Virus record (IMG/VR): IMGVR_UViG_3300022858_000345
Span: 1 to 64,000 of that record
Reading direction: 5' to 3' (one strand)
Source of the DNA: a virus
DNA: 64,000 bases
The translations under genes and the position numbers were made by a program. Position 1 is the first letter of the stretch. Every line of letters starts with the position of its first letter. Below the pieces are notes generated by a model, which saw only the letters and a program-made list of their open reading frames with translations, was not told the origin of the DNA and ran no database searches. Below, piece after piece: positions 37,408 through 45,458 of the stretch.

Positions 37408-38007
37408 ATGGCAGGAAGAATAGAAATATCGGTAGCGTTAGTAGAAAAAAGAAGGGAGAGAGCCTCCGCATTAAAAATGAAGGGTCTCAGTATTAATAGT
37501 ATTATGAATCTTGTTAATCAAGAAGCTACTATAGAGCAATGGGGAGTGGTTAGTAGGAGGACTATAATGAGAGATATAGCAGCTTATTTTAGTAAGAATA
37601 AATTAACAGGTGTTGAAGCTAATGAGGAGATGTCTATGTTAAGAGATGCTTATATTTCACAGTATGAGGGTCTTATAGAAAAGATGCACATTAAATTATC
37701 TACTAAACAAAATTGGAAACCATTTGAAGAGTTTGCAGCTATGGATATTTTAAGAAGGACTCTAGCGGATTTTGCTGAGATAATGAACTGGAATGAAGGA
37801 AGAAAGAATACAAATATACTTTTCCAGCAAAATAACATTTTAACTCCTTACGAAAACGCAGCAAATATAGTGAACAAGCCTAAAGAATTAAAAGCTATTT
37901 CAGCTCTTTGCGATATGATGCTAGATAAGAGACCTATTGATGAAATTGGAGTTGAGGTGCTAGGTGATAGCTATATAAAAGAAGATACAAATGACAACAA
38001 TACTTAA
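37408..38007 (+). CDS. putative terminase small subunit (HTH)
   Basis: N-terminal HTH (RRERA..L..KGLS...VSRRTIMRDI); overlaps the terL start. Confidence 0.6.
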   Translation: MAGRIEISVALVEKRRERASALKMKGLSINSIMNLVNQEATIEQWGVVSRRTIMRDIAAYFSKNKLTGVEANEEMSMLRDAYISQYEGLIEKMHIKLSTKQNWKPFEEFAAMDILRRTLADFAEIMNWNEGRKNTNILFQQNNILTPYENAANIVNKPKELKAISALCDMMLDKRPIDEIGVEVLGDSYIKEDTNDNNT

Positions 38008-40861
38008 AAATCCAAAGTTAGCGGATAATCTTTCAGAAAGGACTGTTGTCTTTCTGCAAAATCATATTGCTAGTTTATCACATACTCAAAAAGACGCTTT
38101 ATTATTAAAGGATTGGGCTGATAATTCAAATAAGATTTGGAAATACCCAAGAGTGTGTTTTGATACCTTTATTGATAGCCCTCAGTATTTAGGGCTAGTG
38201 AAAGAAGGGGGTGCAAGTTTAGTTTATCCAGAAATTAGAAATATATGTAATGCTGTTATAGATGGAGACTATAGAGAGCTTGTAATGGTTGCTGGTATTG
38301 GGGGAGGTAAAACAACTGTATTAGAGCTATTAGCTTGCTATTACGCCTATGAACTACTTTGCTACTGGGACCCGCATGGGTATTTTAGTTTACTATCAGA
38401 TAAACCCATTACTCTAATTAATATGGGTACTACTGCTACTCAGGCTTTAGATAATGCCTTTTCAGGTATTAAGTCTTTTATTAAAAAAAGCCCATTCTTT
38501 ATGGGTCACACACCAATTATATTACAAGGTAGTATAAGATTCCCAAAACAAAACATACTTTTACTTTCAGGTAATAGTAAAGCTACCACACCTTTGGGAT
38601 ATAATATTTATTATGCAGGATTAGATGAAGCGGCTTTTTATATGGATAATGATAATAAGTGTGTAGCTGAGGATATATATACAGCATTGCAAAGACGTAT
38701 TGTATCCAGGTTTAAAGATAAAGGATTAGCTCTAATGATTAGTTCGCCTCAGTATGATGGAGATTTTGTTATGAGAAAATTACAGGAAGCCCAACAAGTA
38801 CCTAAACAAATTTTCTCTACTCATTCGCCTACTTGGAAACTAAAACCTATAAGTGAGGAAGATAAAAAAGATATATTTTATCTTAACTCTAAGACTAATA
38901 AGATTGTAGATACTATTTCACCAGCACAGACTATTTCTAAAATAGGAGACCCGTTTGAGGTAGGAGCTACTATTTGGGAAATACCTAAGCAGTATAAGAG
39001 AGATTTTATAGTTGATCCTGAAAAAGCTAAAAGAGATTATGCGGCAGTACCAGGGAAAGCTATTGATGCCTTTATGCCTCAAATAGATTTAATAGAGAAA
39101 ATGTTTACTGACAGGGAAAGTCCTTTACAAGCAAACGGAAGTTATACTTTTCCTGATGAAGACCCTTTAAGAGCTAATTATTATATTCATGTGGATTTAG
39201 CTTTAAACAGACATAATAAAGGAGATTTTGCTGGTCTAGCTATGTGCCATTTTGAGGGATTTGAAGAAGACAAAGAGCTAGGGGAACGTAGAAAGAAAGT
39301 AGTAATAGATTTAGCGGAACGAATAGAGGCTGGAGCTGGTGGTGAAATAGATTTTGAAGAAGTTAGAAAAAAGATTTATGTTTTAAAAACAATGGGATTT
39401 GCTATTAAGAAAGTTACTTTAGATGCTTTTCAGTGCTGTCGTCGGAACACTAAAATATTAACTATTGAAAATAGTGTGGCGTCACTATATAATAAAGGTA
39501 GTATCAATAACCAAAAAGATATGCCTTTAAAGAATGAATCAAAAGTACCTTTACTAGCGGGGGAAGAAAAAAACATACAGGATTTAAAAGAAGGTGATTA
39601 TGTATATAGTCTGGACAGAGATAAAAGTATTAAAGCGGGGAGGGTTAAGGCGGTATGGTGTTCAGGGCATAAGGAAATATATAGAGTTCATATAGATAAT
39701 GGAAAGTTTGTAGATTGTTCGGATAATCATCCATTTATGTTACGAGATGGGAGTTATGTTAGGGCGGATAAATTACAAGAGGGTGCTAATTTAATGCCTT
39801 TATATAGACAAAGAGAAAGGGTTGGTTATGAAAAAACATTTAATCCTAAAACTAAATCTTATAGACATACTCATAGATTAGTTATGGGGGCTTCTGGTAG
39901 GAGCAATATAGTCCATCATAAAGATGAAAATAAATCAAATAATATTCCAGATAACTTAGAGATAATGAAGAACTCAATTCATTGTAAGCATCATTGGACA
40001 GAGGAGAGGAAAAGATTAACTAGTAAGCAAAGAAGTATATCGAATAAATTAATAAAGCCTCGTTTAGGGACTAAAACTAGTGGGCAGGGAAGAAAGAATC
40101 TTTCAGAAGCGAGTAAAAAGATATGGCAAGACCCTAAACATAGAGCAAAAATGATGCTTAGAGATACGGCACATCATGGGGAGGACCATCCACAATATGA
40201 TAAAAATTTAACTATAGATATTTTACAGCAATATAAAGATAAAAAATTAGTAGAGGTATGTCGTATATTAAATACAACTCCTCGTAAAGTACGAAATCGT
40301 ATTAATACTTTAGGGTATAAGACTTGGAAAGAGTTTAGTAGTTCTCCTGTAAATCATCGAGTAGTTAAAGTAGAAAAATTAAATATTCAAGACGAAACTT
40401 GGGATATTGAAATAGAGGGAACTCATAATTTTGCTACTTCGGCGGGAGTATTTGTCCATAATTCAGTTGATACTATTCAGATTTTAAAGAAAAAAGGAAT
40501 AAGAGCAGAGTATTTATCAGTAGATAGAGGGATAGAGCCTTATCAGACTCTAAAAGAATGTATTTATGGGGGTAATATACAATGTCATAAAATGGATGTA
40601 CTTTTAGATGAGCTAAGTAGGCTAGAAATAACTAAAGCCCAAAAGGTTGACCATCCGCCTGGTAGTTCTAAAGATGTAGCAGATGCGGTATGCGGAGCGG
40701 TATATATGTGCGTAAAAGAATCTGGAGAAGAGATGGGAATGTCAGCAGGTGCTTATTATCCTAAAAATGAGGGAGAAAGTGCATCTATGGGAGTGCCAGA
40801 GAGTAAAGAGGATTATTATAGACGATTAGAAGAATTAAATAGTAAAGGATTATTGGCATAA
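37991..40861 (+). CDS. terL: terminase large subunit containing an intein
   Basis: GIGGGKT, LDEAAF, ISSP, HVDLA RNase H-like nuclease, DHPPGSSKDVADA. Confidence 0.92.
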   Translation: MTTILKNPKLADNLSERTVVFLQNHIASLSHTQKDALLLKDWADNSNKIWKYPRVCFDTFIDSPQYLGLVKEGGASLVYPEIRNICNAVIDGDYRELVMVAGIGGGKTTVLELLACYYAYELLCYWDPHGYFSLLSDKPITLINMGTTATQALDNAFSGIKSFIKKSPFFMGHTPIILQGSIRFPKQNILLLSGNSKATTPLGYNIYYAGLDEAAFYMDNDNKCVAEDIYTALQRRIVSRFKDKGLALMISSPQYDGDFVMRKLQEAQQVPKQIFSTHSPTWKLKPISEEDKKDIFYLNSKTNKIVDTISPAQTISKIGDPFEVGATIWEIPKQYKRDFIVDPEKAKRDYAAVPGKAIDAFMPQIDLIEKMFTDRESPLQANGSYTFPDEDPLRANYYIHVDLALNRHNKGDFAGLAMCHFEGFEEDKELGERRKKVVIDLAERIEAGAGGEIDFEEVRKKIYVLKTMGFAIKKVTLDAFQCCRRNTKILTIENSVASLYNKGSINNQKDMPLKNESKVPLLAGEEKNIQDLKEGDYVYSLDRDKSIKAGRVKAVWCSGHKEIYRVHIDNGKFVDCSDNHPFMLRDGSYVRADKLQEGANLMPLYRQRERVGYEKTFNPKTKSYRHTHRLVMGASGRSNIVHHKDENKSNNIPDNLEIMKNSIHCKHHWTEERKRLTSKQRSISNKLIKPRLGTKTSGQGRKNLSEASKKIWQDPKHRAKMMLRDTAHHGEDHPQYDKNLTIDILQQYKDKKLVEVCRILNTTPRKVRNRINTLGYKTWKEFSSSPVNHRVVKVEKLNIQDETWDIEIEGTHNFATSAGVFVHNSVDTIQILKKKGIRAEYLSVDRGIEPYQTLKECIYGGNIQCHKMDVLLDELSRLEITKAQKVDHPPGSSKDVADAVCGAVYMCVKESGEEMGMSAGAYYPKNEGESASMGVPESKEDYYRRLEELNSKGLLA
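39434..40462 (+). mobile_element. intein (343 aa) with an in-frame HNH endonuclease
   Basis: CCRRNTKI, CSDNHPF, THRLV...VHHKDENKSNN.PDNL, TWDIEIEGTHNFATSAGVFVHN, +1 residue Ser. Confidence 0.95.
39465..39523 (+). promoter_or_regulatory. internal promoter and start codon within the intein N-terminus
   Basis: TTGAAA-N17-TATAAT (39465-39493), then AACCAAAAAGAT-ATG (39521, in frame). Confidence 0.7.
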
Positions 40862-40897
40862 ATTGCCAAATAGAATATATTATGTTAACTTTTATAT

Positions 40898-41083
40898 ATG
40901 AAATTATACAAATTTAGTGATATTAAAGACCTGAATACAGCTATGAAAACTTTCTCAGAAGATGGAGTTAGAGTCGTATATACCCAAATAAAAATAGTAG
41001 ATAAAGAAGAAAAATATTATGTATTTACTGATGAGTATTCTGTATATAGAGGTACAAAATTCTCTAAAGATAATAATTTTTAG
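40898..41083 (+). CDS. small hypothetical protein
   Basis: ORF between terL and portal. Confidence 0.5.
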   Translation: MKLYKFSDIKDLNTAMKTFSEDGVRVVYTQIKIVDKEEKYYVFTDEYSVYRGTKFSKDNNF

Positions 41084-41106
41084 TATATGTTTAAACCCAA
41101 TTAGAT

Positions 41107-42471
41107 ATGAAAAAACCAAATGTTATCCAAAAAGCTTACAAAAGCTTAACTGAGCTATTCTCTTTTACTAAAGATGGTCAAAAGAAAGCTATTGCTACGT
41201 TAGGAGGAACAGGTGTTTCTTACTTTGGAAGATTACAAGACCCTTCAAAAACAGGGCTAAAAAAACCAACGAAAGTAACTTTTAATCAGTTACGGGAAGC
41301 AGCTAGGTATGATGCTATTATCAGAATTTGTGTAAATGTTATTAAGAAATCAGTTAGTCAAGCAGAGTGGGCTATAATCCCAAAACAGGAGAGAAAAGAA
41401 GTTAATAAGGCTCAAGTAGATCAAGCTACTAATTTATTTGAAACGATTAATAATCGAGGAGAGAATTTAAGACAAGTATTAGATATGGTATTAGAAGATT
41501 TATTAGTATTAGATGCTGGAGTAATTGAGAAAGTTTATAATGCTAAAGGAGAGATAGTAGAATTAAATGCTGTAGACGGAGCTACTATCAGACCTAAAAT
41601 GGATAAGTATGGAGATTTAGACCCGACTAGTGCTTATGTGCAAGTGATAGGAGACAAAGTAGTAGCTGAATTTGCATTAAATGAATTAATTTATATGGTG
41701 CAAAGTCCGCAAAGCGATATACGATTGTATGGGTATGGGATGTCGCCTATTGAGAGTATTTTATTACAAGTACAGGCAGCTTTAAATGCTGATCTGTATA
41801 ATGCTGAAATGTTTTCTAAAGATAATATCCCTCCAGGTATGTTAGATTTAGGGGATATGTCCCAATCAGAAGCACAACAATTTATATCTGTATGGGATGC
41901 CACAGTAGTCGGTAGTACTCAGAAGTTAAAATTCCTTTGGGGTGGAGGAGAAAAAAATAATAAAAAGTATATTCCTTTTAACCAAAATAATAAAGATATG
42001 CAGTTTGTGGAATATACAGATTGGCTATCAAGAATTAAATTAGCTACTTATGGTCTTACAGGAATGGACGCAAATATTACTCAAGATGTTAATAGGGCTA
42101 CAGCAGGTGTTCAAGAATCTGTTACAAGTTCTAGAGGTGTAGGAAGTATTTTTAAGTTAGTTGAGGAGTATATTAATAGAGAGATATTTATGCCAATGGG
42201 ATGGGACGATATACAGTTTAAATTTCAAAAGGCTTTAAATATTTCCGAAAAGAAACAGCAAGCAGAAATAGATAAAATTTATGTAGAGGCAGGAATTCTA
42301 GACCCAGCAGAAGTAGCTATCAGAGAAGGATTTGAAATACCTGAACAAGATGAAGAAGAGATAGATTACTTAGCACCAGCTCCCGAAGAAAAGATTGAAG
42401 GTAAAGAAGATGTGTTAGTGCCAGAAGAAAAGAAGTCTCACTCACATAATTTTAAACCTTTATATGAATAA
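41107..42471 (+). CDS. portal protein
   Basis: follows terL; L.AVDGATIR, YGMSPIE, KDMQF.E, NRATA motifs. Confidence 0.9.
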   Translation: MKKPNVIQKAYKSLTELFSFTKDGQKKAIATLGGTGVSYFGRLQDPSKTGLKKPTKVTFNQLREAARYDAIIRICVNVIKKSVSQAEWAIIPKQERKEVNKAQVDQATNLFETINNRGENLRQVLDMVLEDLLVLDAGVIEKVYNAKGEIVELNAVDGATIRPKMDKYGDLDPTSAYVQVIGDKVVAEFALNELIYMVQSPQSDIRLYGYGMSPIESILLQVQAALNADLYNAEMFSKDNIPPGMLDLGDMSQSEAQQFISVWDATVVGSTQKLKFLWGGGEKNNKKYIPFNQNNKDMQFVEYTDWLSRIKLATYGLTGMDANITQDVNRATAGVQESVTSSRGVGSIFKLVEEYINREIFMPMGWDDIQFKFQKALNISEKKQQAEIDKIYVEAGILDPAEVAIREGFEIPEQDEEEIDYLAPAPEEKIEGKEDVLVPEEKKSHSHNFKPLYE

Positions 42472-44968
42472 ACTTGTACAAAAACAAGTAGAAGAAGATG
42501 CAGAGTTTTTTGATACTTTAGAAAGTACTCCTGAGTTTAAAAGAATGAAGAAGTTAATTGAGAAAGCTTTATTAGACCAATGGAATGATGTTCTTTTTTC
42601 AGGAATAATAAATACTATGTTTAATAAGTATAAGGATTTTATTGTAAAGGGAGGCAAGAAGATACAGATTAAAAAGACAGTTGCTAAAGCTACTAATGAA
42701 GAAGAATTAGATGAAGCCATATTGGATAGCTTACAGCAGGATAAATTTTTAGTAGGGGAAAAGGGTATGAAGATGAAACTTTATTTAGCTTTTCTATTAA
42801 CTTTAGTAAAAACTAATATGAAATCTATTGGTAGTTATTATGATTTTAGAAAGAATATGAATACTTTCTTAAAAACAATGGCAAATAAAGGAGGGCAAGA
42901 CATAGTATCTGATATAAAAACGCCTAAGCCTATTAAATTTAGATTATCTAATGTTGCTCTAAAAGCAAAAATAACAAAAAGAGTAAATGTATTAATAAAA
43001 GATTTAGACAAAGTTACTAGAAAAATTTTAGTGAGACATTTAGCTTTAGGTATTAAGAATGGAGAAACAAAAACACAAATAATTAAAAGGCTACAGAAAA
43101 CAGGAAAGCAATTTTCAAAGACTAGAGCAAAAAGGATAGTAGATACAGAAACAGAAGCGGCAGCAGAATTTATGAGATATGAGACCGCTAGATTAAATGG
43201 AGTTACTACGAGAACTTGGGAAACAGCGGGAGATGATAGAGTTTGTTTTCCAAAAGATACTCAAGTAGTTACTGATAGAGGGGAGAGGGGGATACAAGAA
43301 CTTAAAATAGGAGATAAAGTATTGACTCGAAACGGTTATAGAAAAGTTACTGCAACTAATAAAAGAAAATATAGTAAGAGTATGACTAGTATAACTACAA
43401 CTAAGGGGAAGCTAGTGTGTACTAGCGATCATCCGATTTGGGAAAAAGGTTATGGTTGGTTATGTGCGGGAGATTTCAATGTTGGAGATTTCGTTAAGTC
43501 TAAGGAGAATAAATATTTCAGGGTGGATAAGGTGAGTAATTTCAGTATCAAGTATGCGTACAACTTTCCATCCATTTTTTATAAGAAAATTATTTTTCCT
43601 TTTATCTCTTTGTGCATTAGAATGCCAATATGCTCCATCTGCTTCGAGAGCAATTTTATATTTAGGCAAAAGAAAGTCAACACTATATCTTCCGACTTGT
43701 CCTTCTTGGATAAAGGGAATACCAAGTTTGTACAGACTAAGCCTGAAGAGCTTTTCAAGAGAAGTTTCTCCAGTAAATTTACGGTAGCACGAGAAAGAGC
43801 AAAAACGCCTAATATCTTTTGCATAAGGCATTACTCTAAATTGTTTAGCACATTGCTCACAAGTTTTATAAGTAGGAGGACGATAACATTTTTCAGAGCA
43901 ATATGTTTGTATTCCTATTTTATCTCTAAAAACTTTTTTACATCTTTTACAAATAATGTTTCCCATATTTATCCAACGACAGGCGAGGCTACAAACTGTA
44001 TACCTATGAGAAATACTTTTATTAATTTGAAAAGATTTAGTACATACAGGGCATATTTTAGTAACCTTTTTAGGAGTTCTAGCTTTTTTATAACATTTAG
44101 AAGAGCAGTACTTTTCATTTCTGGCTACTCGACTTTTGTTAAGATAAAAGGATTTATTACACCCCTTACAGAGGAGAATCTTACCTTGTTTAGTGCTTTT
44201 GTGATAACATTTAGGAGAACAATAGGCATTTTTTCCTCTTATTTTCTTTTCTTTTTTAATGGCTTTACCACATTGATAACAGATATATTGGAACATGCCA
44301 CACAATTAAGGATTGATTTACTTATAGTATATAGTAGATTGTTAGGCAAATCAATATTTGTTTATGACATACAGGTAGAAGAATACCCAGAATTTTATGC
44401 AAATGGGATACTTGTACATAATTGTCCTATATGTGCTCCCTTGGATGGAGTTACTAAAAAAATGAGTCGTAATTTTAATTCAGGAGATTTTTCTGGTAAG
44501 TATCCACCAGCTCATGCAGTATGTAGATGCTCAGTTACTTATGATATAGAAGGTAATGAGGCGAGTAATTTTGTATTAAAAAGAGGGGTATTTGAAACTA
44601 TTGATGATTTGTTTACAAAAGCGAAACAATTAATTTTTTATACTCCTATAAAGACTACTGCAATAAGTGTTGTTAATCCTAATGCGGTATGGGCAGGAGG
44701 CAAAACTTTAATAGGTCCCGATAGAGGTATTAGTAAGTTTATTGAAGATATAAAAATATTTAGAGATTATAAGAGAAATTTAAAAAATATATTAATAATG
44801 AAAGAAGGGAAATTGGTAGTGGATATATTAAGAGAACAATCAATTTTAACTTTTGGAGTGGATAAGATTTTAGTAGATGCAAGAGATAAATTAACAGATG
44901 AAGGATTTGTTCAATTAATCAGGAGTTTTGGAGTTACTAAGAAGATACCAAGTAAAAATATAACTTAA
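42464..44968 (+). CDS. MuF / SPP1 gp7-like head morphogenesis protein containing an intein
   Basis: RAKRIV.TE, W.TAGDDRV|CPIC..LDG, PPAHAVCRC. Confidence 0.9.
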   Translation: MNKLVQKQVEEDAEFFDTLESTPEFKRMKKLIEKALLDQWNDVLFSGIINTMFNKYKDFIVKGGKKIQIKKTVAKATNEEELDEAILDSLQQDKFLVGEKGMKMKLYLAFLLTLVKTNMKSIGSYYDFRKNMNTFLKTMANKGGQDIVSDIKTPKPIKFRLSNVALKAKITKRVNVLIKDLDKVTRKILVRHLALGIKNGETKTQIIKRLQKTGKQFSKTRAKRIVDTETEAAAEFMRYETARLNGVTTRTWETAGDDRVCFPKDTQVVTDRGERGIQELKIGDKVLTRNGYRKVTATNKRKYSKSMTSITTTKGKLVCTSDHPIWEKGYGWLCAGDFNVGDFVKSKENKYFRVDKVSNFSIKYAYNFPSIFYKKIIFPFISLCIRMPICSICFESNFIFRQKKVNTISSDLSFLDKGNTKFVQTKPEELFKRSFSSKFTVARERAKTPNIFCIRHYSKLFSTLLTSFISRRTITFFRAICLYSYFISKNFFTSFTNNVSHIYPTTGEATNCIPMRNTFINLKRFSTYRAYFSNLFRSSSFFITFRRAVLFISGYSTFVKIKGFITPLTEENLTLFSAFVITFRRTIGIFSSYFLFFFNGFTTLITDILEHATQLRIDLLIVYSRLLGKSIFVYDIQVEEYPEFYANGILVHNCPICAPLDGVTKKMSRNFNSGDFSGKYPPAHAVCRCSVTYDIEGNEASNFVLKRGVFETIDDLFTKAKQLIFYTPIKTTAISVVNPNAVWAGGKTLIGPDRGISKFIEDIKIFRDYKRNLKNILIMKEGKLVVDILREQSILTFGVDKILVDARDKLTDEGFVQLIRSFGVTKKIPSKNIT
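43460..44296 (-). CDS. nested antisense multi-Zn-finger DUF559/Vsr-like endonuclease inside the MuF intein
   Basis: five CxxC...CSxxC fingers; ETSLE...QE.QVGRYSVDFL...KIALEADG.YWH...RD.RK...L...GWKVVRI; ATG 44296 (TTG 44305 also possible). Confidence 0.9.
   Translation of the reverse strand: MFQYICYQCGKAIKKEKKIRGKNAYCSPKCYHKSTKQGKILLCKGCNKSFYLNKSRVARNEKYCSSKCYKKARTPKKVTKICPVCTKSFQINKSISHRYTVCSLACRWINMGNIICKRCKKVFRDKIGIQTYCSEKCYRPPTYKTCEQCAKQFRVMPYAKDIRRFCSFSCYRKFTGETSLEKLFRLSLYKLGIPFIQEGQVGRYSVDFLLPKYKIALEADGAYWHSNAQRDKRKNNFLIKNGWKVVRILDTEITHLIHPEIFILLRLNEISNIEISRT
44326..44354 (-). promoter_or_regulatory. antisense promoter of the nested endonuclease
   Basis: minus strand TTGATT-N17-TATACT, 30 nt upstream of ATG 44296. 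Confidence 0.7.
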
Positions 44969-44977
44969 CATAACAAT

Positions 44978-45265
44978 ATGGAAGACTACAGGTGTTTAAA
45001 TTGCAAAACCCTACTTTACAAAGCTGCGGGAGATATAGATGTTGAAATTATATGTCCAAAATGTCGGAGGGTTAACTACCCCAACAGAGGAGACCAAGGA
45101 GTTGGGTTGAGAGGAATTGACTTTTTTAATAAAGCCAGACAGCTCTCATGCAATGGTTGTAGTAGACCATTATTAAGTTTTATGGGGGTAGGTTTTGTTG
45201 AAACTAAATGTAGATATTGCAAAACTGTAGTAGAGTATGGTAGTGTGAAGAATGTAAAAAGTTAA
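44978..45265 (+). CDS. tandem Mu Com-like zinc-ribbon regulator
   Basis: RCLNCKTLL....VEIICPKCRRVN pattern present twice. Confidence 0.7.
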   Translation: MEDYRCLNCKTLLYKAAGDIDVEIICPKCRRVNYPNRGDQGVGLRGIDFFNKARQLSCNGCSRPLLSFMGVGFVETKCRYCKTVVEYGSVKNVKS

Positions 45266-45281
45266 GAAAGAGAAAAAAGTA

Positions 45282-45458
45282 TTGCTATTTATTATAAATA
45301 TAAATATACTGAACTCGTAAAGTAGGGCAAAGCCCCGAGGACCTCAAGAAGGCCACAAGCATAAAGTTATATAATACTGTTATAAAGCTATTCTGTACGT
45401 GGCCTTTTCCTTTATATAAGGTAAGGCAAGAATATTTCAATATTTTAAGCCCACCTTT
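45282..45458 (+). promoter_or_regulatory. head-operon promoter and structured leader
   Basis: TTGCTA-N17-TATACT (45282-45310); GGGC/GCCC hairpin; AAGGCCAC/GTGGCCTT stem. Confidence 0.6.

Larger units (their letters stand above)
43244..44422 (+). mobile_element. intein (393 aa) in MuF
   Basis: CFPKDTQV, CTSDHPIW, VYDIQVEEYPEFYANGILVHN, +1 residue Cys. Confidence 0.95.

Noticed and set aside
16922-44422. Group I/II introns or sequencing frameshifts as the explanation for the nested endonucleases
   Set aside because: Host frames are continuous with complete intein termini (Cys...His-Asn, then Cys/Ser); no intron core was recognised; one nested gene is antisense
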